Assembly: GCA_951406725.2 (NCBI GenBank)
Contig: OX597818.1
Location: forward strand, 21,018,001 to 21,082,000
DNA from: Octopus vulgaris
Lineage: Eukaryota
Direction of reading: 5' to 3'
DNA: 64,000 bases
The translations under genes and the position numbers were made by a program. Each line of letters begins with the position of its first letter. Within the stretch, counting starts at the first letter, position 1. Under the pieces are notes generated by a model, which worked only from the letters and a program-made list of their open reading frames with translations, searched no databases and was not told the DNA's origin. Of the stretch, positions 52,740-64,000 are shown in pieces.

Positions 52740-54560
52740 TGGAAGTCGCACTTGAGAGAAGAGGCTGGTGGCAAGAAGAGGATGGTTTAAAATGTTTTAA
52801 AAAGAAAAGAAAGAAAAGTAAGATTTGTATCGACTTAAAACTGACCGGAGAAATAGCAAGTGCAGATAAAGAAGTTTCACCAAAATTTATTTTGACTTTT
52901 GATGATATGGTTGAAGAATGTGTCGATGGTTATACTGTACATTTAATTATTTGTAATGTTCTCGAGTCTATCTCGAGTCTATCTCATTCACTTGACGAGA
53001 AAATTGCGTATATCTATAAAGCTGCAATTTGCGGGTAGTGATGTAGCTGGTGGCTTTAAATTTAAATAAATGCTAGTCTATGAAGCATGATATAAAACTT
53101 TGAAATTGAAATTACGGAATTATAAGGAAACCAATGCATTGAATTCATATATTTAATTTGTTTCTTTACTTCAAACAACGTTCCCGAAATGTTTAAGCGG
53201 TGGTTATCACGTATGGCACTATTTCATTCTTTTTAGAAATCATCAACATAACATAACCTGTGACTTATTTATTAAAGATTTTATGAAGTAAGATATTTCA
53301 TTAAAGATGGAAATAATTACAGTCTAAAGGAAATTCATGGAATGAATTATTTTTCTTCGTTTTCTTCTTGAACGGGAATAGTGTAACAATCGAAAGAATA
53401 GAGAGAAAATACTTAGTGTCTACATACAGAATCACAACTGTTTTGAAGGAATTCTACCTTTTAAAAATGTCTTCTGGTAGCCAATAATTTCAGTTTTAGC
53501 TACAGACAACTTCACCATCCATTTTCCGATGTATTCTTTGAGGTGTAGATATTCGTTTCAAGCTGTTATTTTTTAGTGCTATTCCTTCATGTACTGTAAT
53601 GGAACTGACATCTAAGAGCTTTGCCTGTGAAGTCTAAAAGAATGCCACCAATCATTTGAAAACTGAACTCTAAAGCTATGGTAAATGCATCTATGTTTCA
53701 ATATTGATTTAGTGTTCTTTTTGTTCCTGCCGTTAAAGAATGTTGTGCCTAGAATAACTAATAATTTAAAGCAATATTTATTTTAGATGATGCTCTTAGA
53801 CATCCTAAAATATTGCAGGATCTTTATCCTGAAGTAAGTGGTATTTTTGTTTCTAAATATCACGAGTGAAATTCAAGCAAATGAATTAAACAATATCCTT
53901 TTCTACTCCGGGCATGTAGTCTGAAATTAATGAAGAGAGGTGGGCAATCGATTAAGTCGACCCCAATGCATAAATGATATTTAATTTATCAACCACGAAA
54001 GGATGAAAGGCAAAATCGACCTTGGCAGAATTTGAGCTCAAAACAAAGATGGGCGAAATATCACTAAGCATTTTGTTCAGCTTTCTAACGGTTCTGCCAG
54101 TTTGCTGCCTTGAATCAATTTGTAATATCAATTTGTAAGATGTACTACATGAGGAAATCTGTTAAACAAGCTATCAAGGCGACTGACAAGGAAGATGGGC
54201 CTAAACTAAAACTGCTTTAGATAAACATAAGGTACCACTATCAATCTCTGGGGTCAACAAATACAAGGTTACTGGAAAAATTTATGACCAGATATAAATA
54301 CTAAATTTTTAAGAATTTGGGAATAGCTTTAAAGCCGACGTAGAGAAAGTTGTCAACTTATTAATTAACCTGATTTTGAAGTCACTACTGAAGATGCCTG
54401 TTGAACCCTTAAAATCTTACTCAGACCCTATGAACAATGAAACACTGATTGATATGCAAGAGGAAAATATAGACGACATCGATGCGGAGGATGATCATGT
54501 TCATGAAAAACTATGACCAAAATGCAAAATGGAGTTTGCATTTTCATAGAGCTATTGACA
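52740..54560 (+). mobile_element. Degraded pogo/Tigger-like transposase, split by SINE B (53895-54110, minus)
   Basis: KLTGEIASADKE..DGYT, AGGFKFK*MLVY, LFLDDALRHP, VFLFLNITSEIQ match Tigger motifs GEAASAD, ASG.FKLKP, LDNAPGHP, FLPPNTTS..QP. Confidence 0.75.
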
Positions 54561-55381
54561 AACATACAGCTCCATTAAGAAGAAAAGTGTTTTTATTTTC
54601 AACAAACATTTGATAATTTTGAATGGAACATGACAAAGTCGCTCATTTACTCTAGAAGACATTCTTGCATAATTATATTACTAAATATGTTTATCAATTA
54701 CGGTTTCATTTTCTTCATTTCATATTACGGCTCAGCTGTAACCGAGTATTTTTATCATTATTATTATCATTCCAGTGATCCTGCAAAGTACATAACGATA
54801 CATAAGCGTATTTCTTCTTACATTTTGGAGTGTCTTAACCCCAACCCCAGAGAAACTTTATACGTTACAAGGGAACGGAAACCCGCAATTAACATATTAA
54901 TATGTAATTCAATAGGTCAAGATACATATATATGTATGTTTTTATCGCCCAGGGAACGGAACAGCCCAATCATTATGTAATCCAATGAGTCAACATTTGG
55001 AAATTCAACTTTTGTACTTTTTTTTCTGGAACACATTAGGAACAAGAAAAGAAGACAACATACCTACCAACCAACCAACCAATCTATCTACCTACCTACC
55101 TACCTACCTACCTACCTACCTACCTACCTACCTACCTACCTATACATACATACATACATACATACATACATACATACATACATACATACATACATACATA
55201 CATACATACATACATACATACGTACGTACGTACATACATACATACATACATACATACATACATACTACATACACATACATATACACAAACATACACAGAC
55301 ACATACGTACATATATATAAACATACATACGCACGAACGCATACGCACGCACGCACACACACACATACATACATATACATA

Positions 55382-56570
55382 CAGAAGAGTCGGTTGAAAA
55401 GTTCATATGCTAACCAAGATACTCTCATGGAATGTAACAAAATGAGGTTTATTTTTCACACACTTCTTCCATCGATGGTGCAGTGTTTGTATCCCATTGG
55501 TTAAAAAACTTCCACCCTGTTGGTCAAAATAAAGTCATCAATGGCAGATATGACGTCATCATCACTGCGATACTGGTTCCTAGCCTAGATGATAGTTAGA
55601 TGGGATCACACTAGGAGAATAGGGAAGATGATCAACCAGTTCAAAACCCCAGGCACATTCAGCAACCATTGAAACCAAGGGCTTGTGTGCTGGAGCATTG
55701 TCCTGATGAAACAAGACCTCTTTCGTTAGATTTCCTGGGCGTTTGTTCTCGAGAGCCTTTCATAACTGACTCAGCAAGTTGGCATAGTAGTCTTCATTGA
55801 GAGTGTGACCCTTTTGAAGATAGTCAATAAACACAATGCCTTTCCGTATCTCCCCCAAAACTGAGGCCATCAGCTTCCCTGCAGATGAAATGTCCTTGGC
55901 CTTCTTTGAAGATGGCAGGGAGGGGTTTCCACTACATGGATTGTCTCCGGCTCAAAGTGATGAATCCAACACTCGTCCTGGGTTAGGAAACGTTCAAAGA
56001 AGCCATCTGGATCTGCCTGAAACATTGTCAGATTTTCCCTGGATGTCATCAGCCTGGTACGCTTTTGATCAGGTTTCAGAAAACGTAGCACCCACCAAGC
56101 AGAAATCTTCGTCATGCCAAGATCATTGTGCAGAATATTCTCAACTTCCTCACGGAATATGCTAACATTGCCTATTTGATTTATAGTCAATCTCCTGTCA
56201 TTCATCAGCATCACCATGCGATCAATGTTTTCCACGGTGGTAGCAGTTGGGGGAGGATGTCCAGACCATAGATCACCTTTAAGACTCTCCCTTTCCATCC
56301 TAAATGCAGCTGCCTACTTTTGCACGGTCGATGATCCTGAAGCGGCATTAGAAAACATGTCAGCATGAATGTCCTTTGAGGCCAAACCCTTTTTCTGCAT
56401 AATACCACGACGCCAAAGTTCGTTGATTTTCAAGACAAGTCGCTATTAGCTACTTTTCAAGTCTTCTTTGAATACCAGTTGCCAGTTTGCGCGGAAAAGA
56501 ACAAAAGGATTGAAATTAATGCATGCAAGATTTCATAGCTCCAACATCATACCTTTTCAGCCCACATTCG
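55382..56570 (-). mobile_element. Mariner transposon, defective
   Basis: ORF 55870-56298 NDRRLTINQI..LGMTKISAWWVLRFL..TQDECWIHHFEPET (WVPR-like and T.DE.W motifs); degraded TIRs containing tgaaaag. Confidence 0.85.
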
Positions 56571-56590
56571 TGTGTGTGTATATATATATA

Positions 56591-56880
56591 TATCTGTAAA
56601 TATAATATGTGACAATTATTCGGTAGCGATGATAAAACTCCGAGTATCGGATGCCGAAGTGGAAATCCACGCCGCTATCTCTTCAGTTATCCGGCCATCG
56701 GAAATATGCTGGTCAGATAACTGAAGAGATAGTGGCGTGGATTTCCACTTAGGCATCCGATACTCGAAGTTTTAACATGGCTACCGAATAATTGTCACAT
56801 ATTACAATTACAGATAAATTCCTCTATTTACATAATATCGAGGTCTCTTTCTTTCTTTTGTTGTCTTACCATTTTTATCA
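56591..56880 (+). mobile_element. Fold-back element with hammerhead-like motif and 3' tail (PLE inverted pseudo-LTR-like)
   Basis: Arms 56591-56697/56710-56816 (~107 bp, about 9 mismatches); ~65 bp tail shared with 63245-63312; flanked by (TA)n. Confidence 0.8.
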
Positions 56881-56944
56881 ATATATATATACATATATAC
56901 ATATACACACACACACACACATAAAAATATATAAATATAAATAA

Positions 56945-57123
56945 AAGCACCCACTACACTCACGGAGTGGTTGGCGTTAGGAAGGGCATCCAGCCGTAGA
57001 AACACTGCCAAATCTGACTGGGCCTGATGAAGCCTTCCGGCTTCACAGACCCCAGTTAAACCGTCCAACCCATGCTAGCATGGAAAACGGACGCTAAATG
57101 ATGATGATGATGATGATGATGAT
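56945..57123 (+). mobile_element. 3' part of a retroposon with (GAT)n tail
   Basis: gttggcgttaggaagggcatccagccgtagaa block and short-repeat tail typical of RTE-mobilised SINEs (from memory). Confidence 0.6.
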
Positions 57124-57908
57124 ATATATATATATATAGTCGACAAAATCAAAAGCAAACAATGCGCGAAATAAATATAAAATGGTGGTGAATGCTGGTG
57201 CCTATATCAAATTTTAAATAAAATTCCATGCTATACACTCTCTTTACATATTTGTTTTTTCAAAAAATTATAGTTATTACATAAATTATAAGTATTTTAA
57301 AATAGGGAGTTACTTTTCAATCACCCTGTATACATTGAATCACAGACAACATAACTCGTGTACTTATACGTATGTGCAAAAATATACACACACCCACACT
57401 CACCCACCCACATAGTCACACATACACGCACGCACGCACAGAAACACCGATGCGCACGCAGACACGCGCAGACATACTTGATACATAAATTATATGCATA
57501 TGCTTATGAATACATGTCATTGATTCTGTCAGCCTGTCCTTTCTGTAAGTAGCTATTTGTCCATGAATATGTACACATGCGCCCGTATGCACAGTCACAT
57601 TCATATATAAATGTGTACTCCTGTTATTAGTATGTATGTATGTATGTATGTATGTATGTATGTATGTATGTATGTATGTATGTATGTATGTATGTATGTA
57701 TGTATGTATGTATGTATGTATGTATGTATGTATGTATGTATGTATGTGTGCATGTATATGTGTGTGTGTTCTAGTTTGTAGCAACATATGTAGCAGAAAG
57801 TTTGTATAGGGACATATCTTTTGAAGGAGAATATAACTAAACGACATTTAAGTTCCTTTTCTTTTCTTTTCTTTTCCTTCTTTCTTTCTTTCTTTCTTTC
57901 TTTATTTG

Positions 57909-58301
57909 CTAGCAGTATCGCCCGGCGTTGCTCGGGTTTGTTTCGACCCTTTAGAATTGGAATTTTTGAAAAGTAAAAATTTTGCAATATGTAGCTTGTT
58001 ATTCTCTTTAAATGAACATTTTTCTGGTTGAAATACACCGAAAAATGGCGACACAGCAGTCAAAAATTCATTAAAAAATAGGGATTTTCATAGAAAAAAA
58101 GCACCTTTTTGATGTAAATAATTTTTGGTGTTAACATGGTCCGATTTGAATTTATTCTTCTACCGAAGGAAGAGCGAGCCTTCTTCTATCATACTCTCAA
58201 TTTTGGTCAACTTACGCCGCAGGGTCTAGGAGGATATAGTGTTAGTTGAAGGCTACCAAACCTGTCATACACAGACAACTTCAGCTTTATATATAGAGAG
58301 A
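57909..58301 (-). mobile_element. Non-autonomous Helitron
   Basis: 3' end identical to the one at 21739 (ctagcagtatcgcccggcgttgctcgggtttgt on +); 5' end tctctctatatataaag. Confidence 0.85.
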
Positions 58302-58466
58302 TTTGTACATTTTAATAACAATCAAGTTGAGGCGTTTTCCGAGTTGTTTGGATGCAATAATTCTATCTTTCCCTATCAAAAGATCGCCAGCATCTTTTAA
58401 AAGCAAATTTATCCAAAATATAATAAATTCATGCTATTGTATAATTTTAAGTATTAATTAATCTGG

Positions 58467-58594
<128 letters not shown>

Positions 58595-59054
58595 CATTTA
58601 AAACATATTTACATACATATATATCCTCCGAGTTTATTAATTGAAATAAGCGGTCCTTCCCGAGACATAGGCTCCTAAGAATAGTTTCCGGATTCTGCGT
58701 CGCATATATTCTCCCCCTGGACGCGACGCCGTTTCGTAACAGGATTACTATTTTTTTTTTTTTTTACTAGCAACGTGAAATGAATTGCTTTGCCCAAGAA
58801 CACAACGTATCGCACGTCCCAGGAATCGAAACCGCAATCTTACGATCATGACTGCAACACCATAACCACTAAACCCTGCATCTTCACAGATACTACACAC
58901 ACACACACACACACACATCATGGACTCTCCCGCCGTTAGACAACGTATGATGGTGTGGCAATTTCTTGCCGAATAACTAATAGGACTGCAGATGGAAGTG
59001 TTCAGGTAACACTGAGACGAAAAAAAAAAAAAAATTGAAAGGTATAATGAATAA

Positions 59055-59212
59055 ACGTCACTTAGCGATTCGGCAAAAGAGACCGGTAGAATAAAGTACT
59101 GGGCTTACAAAGAATAAGTCCTGGGGTCGATTTGCTCGACTAAAGGCGGTGCTCCAGCATGGCCGCAGTCAAATGACTGAAACGAGTAAAAGAGTAAAAG
59201 AGTAAAAGAGTA
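59055..59212 (+). mobile_element. SINE family A, 3' half
   Basis: Right-half sequence plus (gagtaaaa)n tail. Confidence 0.85.
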
Positions 59213-59614
59213 AACGCTCTAATTGGTCGAAACAACTTTATAACATTTCCATATTATCATAAATCGAACATAAATATATATTAGAACAACAGGGCATCCA
59301 ATGGTAAAGCCCAATAGTATAAGATATACACATATATACGAATGAAAGGTGATAAAACCTAAAAAGGTACAATGAGTGAAGTCGAATTAAGAAAAATATA
59401 AGGATTAAATTAATGCATAAGAAAAGCGACAAAAAATTTGAGGTAGTGAAACTAAAATAATATTTAAATATGAATATAAATATATAGGGCAAAATGGTAA
59501 CCAGAAAAGCGTCCATTCAAAAACCATTTCTTCGATCGTTTCAAAAGATGTTGCCTCACTTCATCAATGTAAAATACATTAAGGAAATCCAAAGGAGAAA
59601 ATTTACAAGTCTCA

Positions 59615-61295
59615 TATTTCTGCTTTCTTTATTGCCTACGGGGGACTAAACATAGAAGGGACAGTACAAAGACAGACAAAGTGGGGATAAAAAAAACAAA
59701 TGGAAAAAGGATGGATTAAATAATAAAAATGAAAATGGAATGAAGTTACTCGACCCCACATCCGAGCGACTTTATTTACACTTGTCAAAACTTTATTTTT
59801 TTCCACTTATTAATTCTTTGCAAAACCCTAATCGGAACCAAAAATGTCTATGTTATAGTCTCTCAAAAGCTCGTGGCGACTTACCATTAATGGTATTCCC
59901 CTGGTATCAATATTTCTTTTAACGATAACTACATTACTCCTGTACTTTTCGATGTCTTGGTGTGTTCTTGGAGTCCGTTATTACACATTCGAAGTATGAA
60001 GGCACCTCCTCACACTCCTCAGTACTTACCTTTATCGGTTCGTCCCAACTGTTTACCCCCTTACACAGCTTGACATGTGTTGCATTGTAAAAAAACAATA
60101 CACTTTTTTCACAGGGTGGGGGCTGGGAAGTTTTGGGCTCCTGTGTGTCTGTTGCCAATTTATCAGTATCAAGTGGGGTAGGGTGAGGGTTAGTGTCTGC
60201 AAGGGAAGGGTGAAGCAGAGCGGGTCTGGGTGTAAGTCGGATGGGTGTGGGATGGGGGCCTTTTTTCTCCTCTTTCTCATCCTCTTTCCTGCTGTTTCCC
60301 ATCTGTCCTTGGGTTTCTCTTCCTTTTCTCCTTCTTTCTCGGTGCTGGGCTCTCTCCCATTGGTTCTCGTCGGCAGTGGAGGTGCAATTTCTTTTTCATT
60401 TTCAGGTACCTCTGGTGTCTTTACGGGCAGTGGAGAACATTCTGCTCTGATGTGGCCTTTTTGGCCACACTTGTAACATCGTGGGATCCTGCTTTCCACT
60501 CTAACCTTGAGTATCACTTCATCATTGACTGTTATGGTCTCTACAAGTTTTCTAGGTCCTCCGGGGCGGCCTGGATAACCATATCCAGGCTCTGTCCTTG
60601 CCAATTTTTGTGCGCTGTACTGGTGGCTTCTCTTCGAGGCCTAGTAGTATTGCAGCTACTAGCCAGACCACATCTACTTCCAGGGGGATATCTTCTACAC
60701 TTACCCTGGAAGCACGACTTTGGAGGTAGCTGGGCAGAAGCACCACCTCATCGGTCTTCAATGGGGTTGCCGAATGCTGCCTGGCAATGACCTCATTCCG
60801 AAGCCGCATTTCCAGTCCTGAATTTCCTTCCTCTGGCAAGGTACATAATTCCCTACCAGACGGGTTTTAGAGCTTTTTCTACTTCATTTGTTGTCACCGT
60901 ATCGATTTTTCTCGTTTTTAAACTGTGGTTCCTGTAAATTATTACTTTTCGTCTTTCTTCTCACTTCTAAGGGGAGGAGTCACCTTCACGTCGTGCCCCT
61001 CCCTACATAGCATATTCTTACACAGCCTGACATGTATTGCATTGTAAAAAACAATACACTTTCCTTTTTCACAGGGTGGGAAGTTTTAGGCTTCTGTGTG
61101 TCTGTTGCCAATTTATCAGTGTCAGGTGGGGCAGGGTGAGGGTTGTTGTCTGCAGGGGAACGGTGGGGCAGAGTGGGTCTGGGTGGAAGTCGGGTAGGGG
61201 TGGGATGAGGGTCATTATTAACAGTTTGTGCCTTTTTTCTCCTCTTCTTTCCTGCTGTTTCTCATCCGTCCTTGATTTTCTCTTTCTTTCTCGGT
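59615..61295 (-). mobile_element. L1/Tx1-like element remnant: ORF1 with CCHC knuckle, duplicated segment and apparent 3' tail
   Basis: ORFs 60552-60839 and 60053-60604 (frameshifted) with VRVESRIPRCYKCGQKGHIRAEC and W..AGKR.RKRRK; about 60060-60345 is repeated at about 61017-61295; tail at 59615-59681. Confidence 0.7.
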
Positions 61296-61309
61296 GCATA
61301 ATCATTCCT

Positions 61310-61800
61310 AAGCGCTGAATCGTCAACACCTGAAGGTAGTAAAAAGTGCAATCCATCATTGTACCCTGGATTATTAACTATATTATTGGCACGCACATTT
61401 GAAATAGGTACCAAATTTCGCTTTCCATTTATTTTACTTCTGTTCGAAGAAGCACTAATGGACCCCAAGTTTGGTGTTACCGAATATGAAAATTTTATTG
61501 ATGGTCTATTGCAAATAGAATAATACTTGTGGCCTTTCGGGAAATTTTTCTCCAAAATTTTGAAGAACAAATTAGGCAAATTTCTGATTCTACGGGAGAA
61601 AGGCGGGATGTACCAAATAACCTCCCGTACTCTAGACTTTTTAGTTTGACTGGATTTTTCATCAGCTTTATTGTTAATAGCATTATTATTAATAAATCTA
61701 TTCGGCCTCCTATACCCATTCCTAATGAACGGCTTATACTGATTATTAACTACTAATTCGGAGGGTTTCTCATGGATTTGCACATATGAAAATGAAAATA
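61310..61800 (-). pseudogene. Penelope-like retroelement linker fragment
   Basis: REVIWYIPPFSRRIRNLPNLFFKILEKNFPKGHKYYSICNRPSIKFSYSVTPN matches the PLE motif IIWFNPPFS..F.....KHFP..H....FNR...K.SYS...N. Confidence 0.85.
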
Positions 61801-61974
61801 TCTTACGCACCCTGGATATGTGTGGTAAAAAACTTGCATCCCAACCACATGGTTCTGGCTTCAGTCCTACGTCGTGAAACCTTGCGTGTCTTCTTACTAT
61901 AGCGCCGGGCTGACTAGAGCCTTGTGGGTGGATTTGATAAACGGAAAATAAAAGAAGTCCGTCATGTGTATGTA

Positions 61975-62122
61975 TGTAGCTTGCTAACCAACCACATGGT
62001 TCCGGGTTCAGTCCCACTGCGTGGCATCTTGGGCAAGTGTCTTCTGCTATAGCCCCGGGCCGACCAATGCCTTGTGAGTGGATTTGGTAGACAGAAACTG
62101 AAAGAAGCCTGTCGTATATATG

Positions 62123-62173
<51 letters not shown>

Positions 62174-62385
62174 TTGTGTTTGTCCCCCTAGCATTGCTTG
62201 ACAACCGATGCTGGTGTGTTTAGGTCCCCGTCACTTAGCGGTTCGGCAAAAGAGACCGATAGAATAAGTACTGGGCTTACAAAGAATAAGTCCTGGGGTA
62301 GATTTGCTCGACTAAAGGTGGTGCTCCAGCATGGCCGCAGTCAAATGACTGAAACAAGTAAAAAAGAGTAAAAAGAAAAGAGTAT
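61975..62385 (+). mobile_element. SINE family A, little diverged (older pieces at 61815-61965 and 62625-62815)
   Basis: Closely similar to 13764-14185. Confidence 0.9.
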
Positions 62386-62534
62386 ATACCAGAGTAAATG
62401 CATAAATGTGAAACAAGGTGGGGAAAATAGTACTCGAATACCGGAGGTAGAGTAATATGCCTTATTAATAAAACTGGAAAACATCGCAAAAACTGTTACT
62501 CAGTTTCGCGTTCCCGTTCGAGTGTGTGTGTGTA

Positions 62535-62607
<73 letters not shown>

Positions 62608-62845
62608 CTATGTGTGTGTTTTTGTGTCTGTCCCCCCATCCCTTGACAACCGGTGCTGGTATGTTACGTCCCCGTAGCATAGCAGTTCGGTAACAGAGAC
62701 CGATAGATTAATTACTAGGCTTTAAAAAAGTCAGTACTGGGGTCGATACATGGACTAAATAAAAATTCTTCAATGCGGTACCGCAGTCTAATGACTCAAA
62801 CATGCAAAAAGAAAAAAAGATATATATGTATATGTATGTGTGTGC

Positions 62846-62934
<89 letters not shown>

Positions 62935-63058
62935 ATATATATATATGTGTGTGTGTGTATGTGTGTGTGCATATGTATATATATTGAGAAAAAAGTCAGA
63001 ATTTTGGAAAAAAAATCTTTTTATTTCTTCATTATTATTAGCGCTTTCATTCCTTTCC

Positions 63059-63111
<53 letters not shown>

Positions 63112-63119
<8 letters not shown>

Positions 63120-63309
63120 TATATGTTACATTACTCGATAGTCAAGATAAAACTCTGAGTTTCAGATGCCGAAGTGGGAATCCACGACATCTGAAACTCA
63201 GAGTTTTATCTTGACTATCGAGTAATGTAACATATAACTGTATAGATAAATTTCCTCTATTTACATAATATTGAGGTCTCTTTCTTTCTTTTGTTATCTT
63301 ACCGTTTTA

Positions 63310-63312
<3 letters not shown>
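63112..63312 (+). mobile_element. Second fold-back element of the 56591 family
   Basis: Arms 63112-63168/63188-63244 match at 56 of 57 bp with a 19 nt loop; same tail; embedded in (TA)n. Confidence 0.85.
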
Positions 63313-63345
<33 letters not shown>

Positions 63346-63882
63346 TGAATTGCGTTTTTACCGCTTGGTTCGCTTTCAATGCCACTACGTCCCGTCCGAT
63401 TCGCTCCAAAATTTACACGGACATGTAGAATGAGGTGACGATGCGCGTGGGCTACCTTAGAAATCCCTATCTTAAAAGGTGTGGTTGCTAGGGGCCATCT
63501 TCCTACCTCACCCTATTTCCTCCAGTACTCTGTCACTCCTCTTCATTTGACAATGCAACTACCGTTATTTAATGTAAAGTCTTCCTCAAATCACTCTCGC
63601 TGTTTACTCTCTTCCAAGAACATTTTCACTCACTCTATCTCTTACCTTCCTATACATTTTACTCATGTATCTATCAGCGTTCATGGACAGTAACAAATAT
63701 TACATCGCCAGCCCCATCGCATTCTATTGTCTACCTGTCAACACACACACACACACACACACACGTATATATATACATATATCTAATATTATATTTTTAT
63801 GTTTTTGTTTTTTTACTGTTTCATTTCCCTATTAGTGGTTTGATCTCTAATTTAATTTCTACAGTGTGCACACACACACACA

Positions 63883-63931
<49 letters not shown>

Positions 63932-64000
63932 CTATATGTGGCCCCAGTAGACCCGAATGAAATCGGGTTCTCTTCATCAAAATGTGAAAAGGGGTCTAGA

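Noticed and set aside
57024-57050. CTGATGA followed by hairpin agcc-ttcc-ggct
   Set aside because: No GAAA after the stem and no stem I/III; lies within a retroposon tail
61262-62194. Longest ORF (310 aa)
   Set aside because: Chance fusion of antisense SINE A pieces, a Penelope linker fragment and part of the L1/Tx1-like repeat

Overview
AT-rich eukaryotic non-coding DNA (intergenic or a very large intron) saturated with microsatellites and transposable elements. The SINE families look like those I recall from octopod cephalopods (inference, not verified). No intact protein-coding gene is evident: almost all listed ORFs are translated microsatellites or decayed TE fragments. Recognisable elements are several tRNA-derived SINE families (called A-E here), decayed LINEs (RTE, CR1/L2-like, R4/Dong-like and HERO-like RLE elements, L1/Tx1-like ORF1 and endonuclease), Penelope-like (PLE) fragments, Tc1/mariner relics (DD36E, DD37D, mariner, pogo/Tigger), Merlin/IS1595-type elements with 8-9 bp TSDs, hAT MITEs and non-autonomous Helitrons. 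Three observations stand out. (1) Several distinct short elements carry minimal hammerhead-ribozyme motifs and sit in (TA)n/(CA)n tracts; two are long fold-back palindromes whose arms share copy-specific variants. (2) SINE B repeatedly forms head-to-tail multimers with the same junction at three loci. (3) The young SINE B 3' tail matches the apparent 3' end of an L1/Tx1-like element in the window. A few candidate host micro-exons are noted at low confidence.
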